A stretch of DNA of 64,000 bases, taken from positions 54,586,533 to 54,650,532 of the forward strand of contig NC_068988.1 of assembly GCF_001194135.2 (NCBI RefSeq). The letters are read 5' to 3'. The notes under the pieces were generated by a model. That model did not search any database. It was not told where the DNA came from and saw nothing but the letters and a program-made list of their open reading frames with translations. How positions within the stretch are numbered: the first letter of the stretch is position 1; each line of letters begins with the position of its first letter. Positions 22,921 through 35,426 of the stretch are shown here, piece by piece. The position numbers and the translations under genes are program-made. Source of the DNA: Octopus bimaculoides. Taxonomy: Eukaryota.

Positions 22921-24273
22921 AAAGCACAATGGTTGTATGCTTTAACCTACCCTTATTGTGGAGGAGTAATTTAGGTCGACTGTCATGGCAAACCGAAATA
23001 ATTGGTCTATTGTAGGATGTTGGAGTAACTTTCCACTGTGTCCACAAGTGCCATACGAAGTCTTGAACCAAGTACTCAAATATATCAGAACACTTGTTAT
23101 ATATATTGTCCTCCTGATTCTTAAAGTTGTACCTATTTTCACTTATGTGGAATGAATTAGCTATAGCTTAAAATATTTAGAAACATTAAAGGGAACACCT
23201 TCCTAGCCATCGACTTCGTCAACCTGACGCCCTGTCAACACTAACAGCTTTGATTTGTCAGTATGATGTCTACAGCAATGTCTTTTACATGTGTAAGTCA
23301 TTGTACATAGGCCTTGGGGACGATTACTCAAACGAACCAACGCCAGTACTTATTTTTTAAAAGTCTATCTCTTGCCGAACTGCTAATATACGGGAACGCA
23401 AACAAACAGCACAGGTTATCAAACGGTAGTGTGGGATAAACACACAAGGCATTAGTCGATCCGAGGCTACAGACGAAGTAAATACTTGCCCAAGTTACCG
23501 TGCAGTGGGACTGAACCCTAAACCACTTCTTAACTACACAGCCATGCCTGCGAAAATTATGATGATATTTGGTAGGCAACACAGTGGAATCGAAACCGGG
23601 ACCTCATAATTGCGAAACGAACTTCTTAATCACTCGGCCATACTGTGCCTCCTGTGTGTATAGTAAAAAAAAAAAAGAATTTCGTTGAAACGATTTTCCC
23701 CATGTGATGAGTTGCTCTCTCTCTCTCTCTCTANNNNNNNNNNNNNNNNNNNNNNNNNNNNNNNNNNNNNNNNNNNNNNNNNNNNNNNNNNNNNNNNNNN
23801 NNNNNNNNNNNNNNNNNNNNNNNNNNNNNNNNNNNNNNNNNNNNNNNNNNNNNNNNNNNNNNNNNNNNNNNNNNNNNNNNNNNNNNNNNNNNNNNNNNNN
23901 NNNNNNNNNNNNNNNNNNNNNNNNNNNNNNNNNNNNNNNNNNNNNNNNNNNNNNNNNNNNNNNNNNNNNNNNNNNNNNNNNNNNNNNNNNNNNNNNNNNN
24001 NNNNNNNNNNNNNNNNNNNNNNNNNNNNNNNNNNNNNNNNNNNNNNNNNNNNNNNNNNNNNNNNNNNNNNNNNNNNNNNNNNNNNNNNNNNNNNNNNNNN
24101 NNNNNNNNNNNNNNNNNNNNNNNNNNNNNNNNNNAGAGAGAGAGATCTCTAATCTTTTTTCAACTATATATATATATATCTATATATATATATCTATATA
24201 TATCTATATATATATATCTATATATATCTATATATATATCTATATTTATATAGATCTCTAATCTTTTTTCAAC

Positions 24274-24304
<31 letters not shown>

Positions 24305-24626
24305 ATATATATACTTTAACAGCAATAAGTACACTTTTAAGTGTCTGGCTCTAGTTCTTGGTCAGTATAGAATTTCTATCAATAAATCACACTACAAAGG
24401 TGGGAGTGTTCATCTGATAGCAATGGATGGGATGTAACGGCTATAGATCATAACAGTGAAACAGATATAACTGGAAGTACAGCTGGATTGATTATTGTCT
24501 TTCTGTGTGTCTACGTAGTACGTGTGTATATAATTGTATACGTATGTTTTTATGTAACTATTATTTTTCGGCTCTGAGTGTATGTATCTTTGTAATGTAT
24601 GTACGCATGCATCTAGCTAATTGTAC

Positions 24627-25157
24627 GGATCTTTCTGATTTGGCGGACACTATTTGTTTTCTAGCGAAACACTTTCAAGCTTGGGATACTGGTAGAATGT
24701 GTCATATAAAACATCTTTTCCTCTTAGCCTTGTTAAGAAAAGTTTCTATATTCCAAGTTATTTCATGTTAAAAGTTGTCGTATTTCGGTAATTTCAACCA
24801 ATCACTGACGTCTATTGAGGTGAAAACAATTACTACTGTGGTTTGTCAACAACAGCTATCGGCGGTACTGTTATTTATGACATCGTTCGTGCGTTTGTAC
24901 TGGTTTTAGCTTTAGGGTTCGGGTTAGGGTGTCAGGGTTAGGGTTTTAGATAATCTCGTTTCAAACCACTCACCCAATGAGTATTTTTGCCAAATTTGGT
25001 GAAAATCTGTTCAATACAATTCTTAACATGAAATAACTTCGAATATAAAAATTTTGCTCTGTGCTATAAGACAAAATATACAAGTATACGAAGTTTTAAA
25101 GTGTTTCGGTAGAAAACACACTAAATAAAAAATGGTGTCCGCAAATCAGAAAGATCC
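24627..25157. mobile_element. MITE with GGATC termini, 8-bp TSD and a TTAGGG-like core
   Basis: TSD AATTGTAC at 24619-24626 and 25158-25165. TIR GGATCTTTCTGATTTG(G)CGGACAC. Internal TTTAGGGTTCGGGTTAGGGTGTCAGGGTTAGGG. Confidence 0.9.
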
Positions 25158-25854
25158 AATTGTACTTGTGTGCCTATGTTTTTATATACGTGTTGAGTAA
25201 CCAGTGAGTAGGGGAACGCTCACGTTAGTGTCATAGGCTTATGGGTTGCGTGATATCTCGAGGAAGTGCCTTCTCCAATAAAACTCTTCGAGTTGGCTGT
25301 ACTACCTATAATAGCCATGCTGATTCTACCTGAATATTACATTAAAATTTAGGTGTTGAATGCTCAGTCCCACTATAGTACAACCACTAGGTAGTTTCAT
25401 TCGTAGAAGGTTATAAATTCAGTCCATGTTAAACAAAAGCACAGGAGGTTTAACAACGGCTTTATTTACACACTTTATTGGTAGATAAATCATTATGACG
25501 GTGACAAACTATAACAGTCATTAAAAATAATACATATAATATAGTTTCGATTTCAATGTCGAGAAAATATGTAGAAACGATAAATGTTAGAAATAGCTGT
25601 CTGTTGATTGGCTAAGATTACCCAAATTTCCCAACCTTTAATTCCAAATAACATCAGATTCTTTAATTTACGAGATAAAGTAATTGGTTGATCGTAATCA
25701 AAATTCAAAGTTGCATCGATACGCTAAAATTGAAAGCAATCTAAGCAAAATTAAATTAGGCTCATTTTGCAAATGTCATTGAGATGAAAATGAACACAGC
25801 GTTTTATAAGTTTCTTCATTAGTTAAACATTTGTTGCGTGCGCGTGTATCATGG

Positions 25855-26220
25855 GCGCAGGCATGGCTGTGTAGCTAGCAATTTGCTTCTAAACCACATG
25901 GTTTCGAGTCCCACTGCATCTCATATTGGGCAAGTGTCTTCCACTATAGGCCCTGGGCCGGCCGAAGCTTTGTGTGTGGATTTAGTAGGCGGAAAATGAA
26001 ATAAGTCCGTCATGTGTGTGTGTGTGTCTTTGTGTTTGTCCCCCCAGCACCTCTTGGCAACCCCTGATGCTATATTTACGTCTCCGAAATTTACCGGTTC
26101 GGTAAAAGAAACCGATAGAATAAGTGGCAAAATATATACTGGGGTCAATTTGTTCGACTAAATCCGTAACTGTGATGCTCCAGCATGGTCGCAGTCCAGT
26201 GACTGAAACAAGTAAAAGAT
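25855..26220 (+). mobile_element. SINE family A, near full length
   Basis: Head GGCGCAGGCATGGCTGTGTAG through the internal (TG)n to the tail CTCCAGCATGGTCGCAGTCCAGTGACTGAAACAAGTAAAAGA. Confidence 0.9.
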
Positions 26221-28293
26221 CATTAAGTTTCCTATTGTTGTTGCTCAAGGTTTTGTTCTCTTCGTCATTTATTTTTTTTAATACCACTGCTGCTGTTACT
26301 GTTGTTGTTTATGTAAAACATTCGTCGTCGTCATGCATCGTACGCCTACATCGCATTGATAACACTACAACAAAAGTCTTCCCTGTTAAGCTCGAATTCT
26401 CCAAAACCCTTACCTTGACCAGTGTTTCCCAAGAATAAAGTGCAAGTATCGAATGAATAAAACTTGCAATAAAGTTTTTAAACACAGGCGCGCACGTATT
26501 TTGTCCATTCATGGTAGGTGCGCAGCTATTTTTTAAAATCGAAATGGAGTGTAGGACAAGAAAGGTTCAGAAATACTGGCCTAGACACATCCGTAATACC
26601 TCAAAATACTACAATAGTATCCTATGTACGTTAACCTTTCTACTTACCCCTAACAATTTTTTCTTCTTTTCCATCACTACAAAATATCAATAACCTCATT
26701 AACCCTGAATACAAGTCTTACAGAACATGTAGGTCACATTAGAATCGTTGGCCCATGTCAACCATCCCATCTAACCTGGATGTACCGTATATTCTGATCT
26801 TGTACTTACTAGTCAACGAAAGACAACAATTATGTTGTCTCTACATCCTCTATAAATAGCAGATAAAATCATAGCATATCATATTTAAAATAAAAAGGAT
26901 ACCTTGGATAGTATAGTCCAAGGCTTGATAAGAAAAAAAAAAAAAAAAAAAGGTAGGATGGTCACCGCTGGAATTCCTTTGATGTATCAGAAGCTAGTTT
27001 AGTACAAGCTTATTGTACTGTTGTGACATAGGTGTGAAGAATGATATTTTCAGCCAGAAGTGTCATATTATTTTCATGCTGACTGGATTAAGTAAGCTGA
27101 ATTTATTCTGTTGTATGTTAAGCTGATTTGTCTATTGTAATGATACTATTGTTGTTCTCTAGTATCTTGATAGATTTATTTAGATTAACAAGTTGACTTC
27201 AATACGTTATCAGATATATATCGCTGGACTCTCAAACTCTGTAGCTGACTGTTTTATTTGATTATTAAACACAGAGTGAGAGGGGAGGGGAGAGAGATCA
27301 GCTCAAGATGTTTTGATGGTAATATTTATTGTTGTTAGCCTTTGGCTGATATTTAATTGTGCTGCACACACATACAGGTCTGAGTTAGCCATTAAACCAG
27401 GAAAGTATTTTTTTAAAAACTCATGGCCTGTCTTTATCAAGATATGATGCCAATCCGAATTGTTTCGGTGATAAGCATCCAATTGTTGACAAGACTTCCG
27501 CCCCTCCTCCCCCAAACCACTATTTTTTACAATTTTTTTTTCAACACAACCCACCCCTTTTCGGCTACGGGGAATACGAATCTGCAAAAAAAAAAAATCG
27601 ACATTTCTAAATTACCAAACTCCCCACCACCATTTACTTCATTTTAAACTTTTTTAGAATTTTTTTTTCTCAAAATATGCGAAAAAATACGGAGATTATG
27701 ATTCTGAAAAAAAATTCCAAAAATCTTTGTAAAATTTTCCAATTGTTTGATCAATCCATTCATTAAATTAACGTGCAAGCAGTTGAGTATTTCACTGAAT
27801 CAATGTGATACATTATTGACAATTATCCGATAGGCGTCCACATAGTTTCCGTCTACAAATTCCACTCATAAAGCTACGGTTGGATCTGGAACCGCATGAT
27901 TTTCGAAGCGGAGTTAAGCACTCAGCAATGCCTGCATCCATTGAGGTATACGCAGTGATAGGTAAACACTTGCTAAAATAGCAGAACAACTTCTAAATCT
28001 AATCCTTTTTTGACAGTGCAACACTGGCCATTTTTTAATAATTTATTATGGGTGCTCCTTTTGCCGGGTCCTGGTTCAAGCTACACCATAGTAAATTCGA
28101 CGCTGGAAAATAAACTGCGGTGCTCCCTCTCTTGGAACTCTAAGCACATGCTATTTTCTCTAATACAGCTATTCCTTGGCATCTTTGCGAAAACAAATTT
28201 ACTTCCCTTCTCCTCCATAAACTGAGTTTACACTTCTGTCATAATGAAACTCGCAACAAATAGTAATGGTAAATTTTAAAAAGTAATAAACAG

Positions 28294-29404
28294 TGTAGTG
28301 AAACCTCTCTCTCGGCCATTCAATCACAAATGATAACGAAGCTGCTAACATCTAGCCTTCGGCTACCTTGGCCCTTTCTGTCCATCAACCTGATTGGTTC
28401 TTATTTGTGCGGCAATTGTCCTCATGTTCTACTTGCTAAGGGGGCATTTACGTCCAATCGTGGCTTTAGATAAAGTCACGTGATAGAGAGTTTTACTGGG
28501 TTTCCGGTGAGCTCTTTTTCGCCTATAAATAAGCCCGATCCAATGACGGCAATCGTCTTCGATTTCCGATCTCTCACAGGTCTGGTCGTTGACCACACGT
28601 CTACGATTTCAGATCTCTCACGGGTCTGGTCGTTGACCACACCACACATACAGAACACAGCTACAGTCAGTTCCAGCGCCGACGTCTTCACTACCAATGT
28701 ACTGTCTACCATTGTCGTGCCCCAGCAACCACACCACCAAGGACACACCAATATCAACAAGCTCGGTTTTATCTTCACTGTATGAGTGGAGTTTCCACTC
28801 ACGAATAATAGTCAGAACTAACCAGCCAGAATATACTATACCAGGTCACAGCATTCGACGCTCTACACACATAGTGTGATACTCACAGCTCTGCTACTTG
28901 GCCACAACTTCCTGCGTATGAACATTCTAAATCTTGTGTAACTTTAATACGAACTGGTTTTTCTCTATCTCAGTGTTTTTAAGACTTTTTACAGTCTATG
29001 TTACAGACATTCATACTATGTTCTGTGTTTCCTCTCATTCACACGCACACTTGTACACTCACATATTGTATACACACTATTGCTTATATGACTGTCCGTC
29101 ACTTCACATTGTTGTATACCTTCTCTTATACACAAAGGCCTGATTTATCTACTGTCTTAATTTTATATGTCGCATGCACGCACACAGCACTAACAGTTTC
29201 ACTTTGTTAATAAATTTATTCTCATTATATATCTAACGGTTGAGTTTGTCCTAAGTTCTTTTACTGGCACTATGGCTCGTATCTCTTACGACGAGCCTTC
29301 CAACTTATATATCTTGTTTTGTGTTCGACCGTGCGACATGGTAAAAAGGAGCCTTTCCCGTCTACGTCGCCATCTCCTTTGGTTCGCACGGTCGAAGTAT
29401 TACA
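28294..29404 (+). mobile_element. Solo LTR, 1111 bp, Ty3/Gypsy-like
   Basis: ACAG|TGTAGT ... ATTACA|ACAG: TG..CA ends with a 4-bp TSD. CCAAT boxes, CACGTG, TATAAATA at 28524-28531 and AATAAA at 29209-29214. No PBS follows the element. Confidence 0.85.
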
Positions 29405-30515
29405 ACAGTATCTTTTATTATTAAATAATTAAAAAATAAAACGTTTCTTATTTATGAACTGTTGTTGAACGGACACCAAAACCAAACAGTCTTTTTGAAT
29501 TAGACTATCCCATTGGCAACACTAATTTAGAATATAAACTGTTGGAAGAAAAATATTTTTTCACTTCAAATTTTCTTCTCAACTTCAAATGTGTTAAAAT
29601 TATAGAAGAAATAAAAAACATGAATCCAGAATCAGCATATATACCCCTTCGGTAGACGAAATTTTACTCTCAGTGAGTTAGTTACCTCAGTTCGGGACCT
29701 CCTGGTTTTATGATCAATTCAAACCTCATTCGTTGTGTGTGCGTGCGTGCAATTTGATAACGAAGCACAGGTGGAGAAAGTGATTGTGGAGTTCATTTCT
29801 CATCTGACCCAGTGGCATATTAATAAGTAAAACCATAAGGACTTCCGCTATGTATATCTGTCTGAGTGTACGTAAGATACTTAAATAGATACACACACAC
29901 ACGTATCTCGTTATATTTATAGTTACAAAAGTAAAAGTGGTGGGAGATAGCTTGCTATCTACTCTTCCTGCCTGTCTGCTAGAGAAAATCAGGTATTCAT
30001 TCTTCCCCTCTCGTGCTCTAACGGAATGTTGAGGTTGCATTCATTTATCTAGCTATCTATTTTATAGTCGCACATCTCTACTCACGTCGAACATCTTACA
30101 GCTCTTGCTTCTCCACCCCCTTCGCTGTGCGGCTGACTGTTTGTTTGTTAGTAATAAATAATACGGTAGCTGCTTTTTGTAATATCTAAGTGGCACAAAC
30201 GACCTCTAACCACATCATCGAGTCAACAAACAAGCCGCTGCTCTGTACCTACTAGAAATAATAACAAAGCCTCTCTCCAATCACATTCTTAAAGAAGGAG
30301 GAGGAGGAGGAAGATTGCTCACGTTGGATAATGCAAGTTCGAGGCGCTACATTACTCAACTACATCGTGATCACGGCTCGGATGTCTTCAATTACAGACC
30401 TTGCTTGATCAGATGTCAACCGAACCTTAATATTTTGGTTGGTGTTTCAGTCGTGATGCCCAGGCAACAGTCTCGGTTTTTTTCCAAGCCAAACTACATA
30501 ACTACATTAAATATG

Positions 30516-31050
30516 GGATCTTTTTTAAAACGGGGGCCACATTTTTCATTAATGTTTTACGTAGTGTTTTTGGTACGGAAAGACTTTCAAACTTCGTATA
30601 CTTGTCTATTTTGTGTTATAGAACAGAAAAATATTTTTGTATTCGAATTTATTTCATGTAAAAAATTGTCTTATTTCGATAATTTCAACCAATCACTGAC
30701 GTCCATTCAGTCGATATACATTAAGTGCCGACTACATAAACAAACGATTCTTCGTTTTATTTGCTTTTTTCATTTTAAATTTGCTTTAACCCTAACCCTA
30801 ACCCTAACCCTAGGGTTAGGGTTAGGATTAATTGTTTCAGAATCGTTTGTTTATGTAGTCGGCACTTAATGTATATCGGCTGAATGGACGTCAGTGATTG
30901 GTTGAAATTACAGAAATACGACAACTTTAACATGGAATAATTTATGGATTTCTTTTTTTTTTAAAGAAGACTAAGAGAAAAAGATGTTTTATATGACACA
31001 TTCTACCAGTGTTCCAAGTTTCAAAGTGTTTCGTTAATGAAAAAAGATCC
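30516..31050. mobile_element. Fold-back MITE with 8-bp TSD and an inverted telomeric-repeat core
   Basis: TSD TAAATATG at 30508-30515 and 31051-31058. Ends GGATCTTTTT / AAAAAGATCC. Internal inverted arms of ~70 bp flank (CCCTAA)n-(TTAGGG)n. Outer arms are homologous to 24627-25157 in opposite orientation. Confidence 0.9.
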
Positions 31051-31145
31051 TAAATATGACCTGTTTTTATTTTTATATATACATTTTATTTAACATTCGA
31101 TTGTATGTAAGCGTTATTAGAAAATTAATTATAACTAGGGCAACA

Positions 31146-31472
31146 GGGTCTTTTCTATTTGGCTGCACCTGTAGAAATTTTAAAGTTTAGTGAAAATTTT
31201 AAAATTTGGTATATTGATGTAATTTTCCATGCTGAATCTCAGATAATTCACTTCTTCCAGAAAATTTTTTAAAAACTTACAGAGGTTTAAGGTTTGATCA
31301 TTTTTACCCAGTCTTGGGGAATTTTCTAAAAATTTTTGCGAATTAGTATTCTACACACGGTAATTCCTATGATTATGCAAAAAAAAAAAAAAATCACCAA
31401 TACGCTAAATATGAAATCAGTTGTAACAAAAATTGAAGAAATTGAAAAGTGGCAGCCAAACAGAAAGGATCC
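31146..31472. mobile_element. MITE with GG(G/A)TC termini and 8-bp TSD
   Basis: TSD GGGCAACA at 31138-31145 and 31473-31480. TIRs GGGTCTTTTCTATTTGGCTGC / GCAGCCAAACAGAAAGGATCC. Confidence 0.85.
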
Positions 31473-32959
31473 GGGCAACAAGAAGAAATGCAAATTTTCA
31501 ACATTTATTTTTTAAATATCTTTTTTAAAATACCTAACCATTTGTACCATGGTAAATCCGACACTGGAAAAGTATTCCATCATTTGGTATCCTTAGCACT
31601 TGTTTGTCGTGTTTAATGATTATTCTGGGTCTAGGTACAGAGTGCTCCGACCTATTCGCCAATGTAGTTCGATATATTTTTCTAAATAGACGTGATGGTT
31701 TTGGCTGAAATGCATTTGACCATCGGTTTACTCAAAGAAAAAGATAACTGAGCTCAGCCTAAACAATAACAGCTAACTAGAACCCTTATTTGGTAGCTAA
31801 TTCTCTATCAAATCACATTCTGGTGCTATCATGGATGGGAAACCTGCGACTCACGGGACTTTCTGAATGGCACACCTGAAATCTTTTTAGTAGTGCGGCC
31901 CGCTGATGATGAGCCATATATCATGCGGCCCACTTCTCGAGAAAGTTTGCCCATGTCTGCACTACTGTCTCAAAAGGGAAGAGACATTAAATGATGTACT
32001 CCTACACATCCTTAAAAGATGAGATGAGACTATATTGCTTCGCCCATGGGCTAATGATGTTAAGACAGTCTTATTTCCAAGTGCACATGATTTTCTGACG
32101 AAGCATTGACTTGTTCCTGATTATTCCGGTAACATGAGGTGTACTCGGTCGGGCTCAACCGGATTTTCATATCAGACTGAAACAAGAAAACCCTAGCCAA
32201 GAAAGGCTTATCTACGAGATCGGTCGACCTATTAGAAATAGCAGTTAAATATCCATTAAAAATATACATTGGACAATGTTGTTTCTGATAGATAAAACGG
32301 TATGATGTTCAAAGGGTGGAATGCTTTTATCATAGATCTGCTCAGTCCGAGCTAATATAGAGCTAAGCAAACCAGCAAGCACTATCGTCCTCGACTCAAT
32401 GAAAGGTGGCATATTTATACATTCGACTGGTAGATATAGCAACCGAATATACGGGGGCCTCAACGTGGTTGCTCCATCTGCCAGAAATAACAGCTAAATC
32501 GCCCTCAAATCCCACTCTGCTGTCTTAAGTAAAAAATGAAAAAGGAGGTTTAATGACACCTTGAGTTGAAAACAAAGGCGAGATGGTCTCAGCTAGAATA
32601 TTTTTATCTATAGATCTGCTCATTTAGTGATCTCGAAGCTGAACAACAGCTTCAAGAAATGTTTGCTGTCCAACAATGATGTTGCGATTAGAATGCCAAT
32701 CATTCTACGAAGTTCGATCAAAATCGACCTAATGTTTAGTCTCAGGTCTTCACTAATTGAGAAGACCTGTGATCAAAGACGTTCAATCCATGGCAGTTCC
32801 GTACTTTCATTAAAACGATAGGGTATATTTGAAGGAATTTGTGTACTATTTCTAGAGCCTTCCTCGATGGCTCGTCTAATTGTCCAAGGTGCTGAACTTG
32901 TGAGTTATCATCGAGAGCTACTGTTACACGCAGCAGGGTGACTGCCGCCTTTTTACACA

Positions 32960-33559
32960 CCTATTTGTCCGTCTGCAGAAGGTTTCACACTGAACTTGAA
33001 ATCAACGTCGCAACCATCGCCCTACCCATTTTACCCACTTCTCTTTCTCCTGCTCTTTCATTTCGTCTTTACCTCATCTTCTGTCCGTTGATTTACGTTA
33101 CGTTCACTGATTTTCTTTCTTTTTCTCGCCATCGCCTGTCTTTATACTCCCTCTCTCTCGTCATGGTTTGTCTGTCTCCTCTACCACCTATCCTTTCTCA
33201 TTCCATCACTTACAGTATATCCTCCACCACTTCGTCCGCTCTTTATATCCCTCCTCCCATATCTACACAGTCTCCTCTTCCCCTTCCCTTTTCCTCAACC
33301 GTACCATTCATTTGTTTTTGGTTTCGTTATTTTCTTTCCCCCTTCTGACTCCATCGCCTACTTTATTTTTCTCTTTCGCTTCACGCTATCTTTTCCATCG
33401 TGTCTCACCCTCTTTCTCCATTAACTTCCTCTGCATCGTTCTCTCTTCTTTCTGCTCTGCCGTCGGCGTCATTTCTGCTACTGTTAAGTGTCTGACCCTT
33501 CTACTCTGTCTGGGAGAAACAGCCAGAAAGAGAAAAGAAAACGAGGGAAAGAGGTAAGG
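32960..33559 (+). promoter_or_regulatory. Putative promoter and non-coding first exon ending at donor GAG|GTAAGG (33554)
   Basis: Long CT-rich, CpG-retaining tract and a strong donor. CpG depletion begins ~3 kb downstream, as expected for a methylated gene body. Confidence 0.4.
33409..33509 (-). CDS. Alternative reading: 101-nt minus-strand exon
   Basis: Acceptor TTTTCTTTTCTCTTTCTGGCTGTTTCTCCCAG and donor G|GTGAGA. Only one frame is open: QSRRVRHLTVAEMTPTAEQKEERTMQRKLMEKE. Low-complexity GA-rich sequence weakens the call. Confidence 0.25.
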
Positions 33560-34305
33560 TGGGAAACAGTGCTTTTTAGTAAGTTAGTCACCTCCATCAC
33601 CAGACTCGGGCGGGTAGCCATACTTTAACTGATATACCAAACCAGTTGTAGATTACAGAGAGTAAAAATAACGAGAGAACATATACTTGTACTGGCTTGG
33701 TCTCCACTTTACACTACTTTTGGAGCGAAAGAATTAGGTAAGCTCCCAATATTTATTTCATTTGATTTGAACCGCTAATCCACCCCTCATCACCCGTTTT
33801 CACACCATTCAATACTGTCGTCACCTTTTTCAGTCACCCGGCCCTTTTATCTTTCTGTTTCTCCTACCTTTCTCGTATGGTGTGGTGTGTATGAAGGAGA
33901 AAGCATGAAGCGTAAGATGTACCTAACTTTCTCTAGTTCTCACTGCTCCTTCCCAGCCACTACTACTTCTATCACGTTTCTCTTAGCAGAAAGGTAACAA
34001 CACTTCTCTATAACTTTCATATTCTTTAGAAAGAGATATTGCTGTTGATATAGTTAGACACTTTGGTTTTGTATAGACACGCCGTGTGTGTCTGTGTGTA
34101 CCTCTTATTTTTGTTAGCGACACCCGAATATGTAGTAGGACCCCCCCCCCCAAAAGCACTACTAACCTTATCTTAACTCTAAATTTGGGTTAGTTTCTTT
34201 TGGGTCTTGCTTCTTTTCCCCGTCCTTCTCTCGTATCTTCACATTAATATTTGTGTACAAACACATTTTTATGAATGTACTTACACTTGTATGTTGCAGT
34301 GTGTG

Positions 34306-34374
<69 letters not shown>

Positions 34375-35400
34375 TGTGAGGGCACAAACGATCCTGTACT
34401 GGCCGAAACCTATGGTGATGATGTTTACTCTTAATTGATCAGACCGATGAGTAGAAACTTTCCAGTCTCGATAATCTTGTTTATTATCTATAATATTGTG
34501 ACTATTAAATTGGTGGTGTGCCTTCTCTTATTACGACGATAACGTGTGATTTGAGTGATATTTGGCTGCTCTTTTTAGTAGGACGAGCGACCGTGTAATG
34601 GCTTTTTCGTGGCTCTCTGTCGTATAAGAAAAAGCCTGAGTATGGGAGAACAAAAATGCTTGATCTTAATATAGAATAAGATCTTTCATCGCTGTAACTT
34701 TTAACCCCCACATATCTTCACAATTTGTGGATTAACCGGAAAGGCCGTTCCCTTTGGTAGCTAATATTTATTTGATGTGTGATGCTGTCTGTAAATTCTC
34801 TTATCTTGAGACATTTCACTGCACACAAGGCCACACAAATTTATCATCGGAAAAGGAATGAGATTGTGACGTTCATGCTTTCGTGAAATATCTGGAAATA
34901 GAAACTTAAATCTGGCTTTCTTAGTTTAGTGATTGATATCTGACATCCAAATTAAGGCATAGAAACACCATTTGGGCTTTTCGATATCATTTTTAGTTTG
35001 TTATTATCTTACAACATCATTTTGATTCATAAATATTTAGAAAATCATTCTTTCACTTTTAAAGAAATATCTTTATTACATTGTTACCAAGTGTTTATTA
35101 TTCATAACATAATGTCTATCGCCTACATCAGATCTGTTTGTAAATTTGTGTTTGACAAAGTTTTATTACACAGTTACATACGTACGTACACGTGTGTGTG
35201 TGTAATTGACTTTTTCTATCCACAGTTTTTAACTCCAAATTTACACGCTTTATCTGCTTCTAGTTTCACCTTTCCCACCACAGATTGTATATATATGTTT
35301 GATTTTATGTTCAGTTATAATAAAAGCAATCTTACGTTAATATCATAGGTTACACTATACTTTTGTAGAGTACGTATAAATTAATTTTTATTCAAGAAAG

Positions 35401-35426
35401 CTGACAGTGACTTCGAAGTTTCGGCC
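35401..35426 (-). ncRNA. 3' half of a hammerhead-like motif
   Basis: Minus strand GGCC-GAAA-CTTCGAAGT-C-ACTG: palindromic stem III ACTTCGAAGT and a GUC site. No CUGANGA segment upstream. Confidence 0.25.

Noticed and set aside
24140-24310. Duplicated GATCTCTAATCTTTTTTCAACTATATA separated by (TA/TC)n
   Set aside because: Directly adjacent to an N gap in low-complexity sequence. Could be slippage or an assembly artefact.
28476-28802. Overlapping 101-aa and 108-aa ORFs on opposite strands
   Set aside because: Both lie inside the solo LTR across its tandem duplication, and show no gag/pol similarity.
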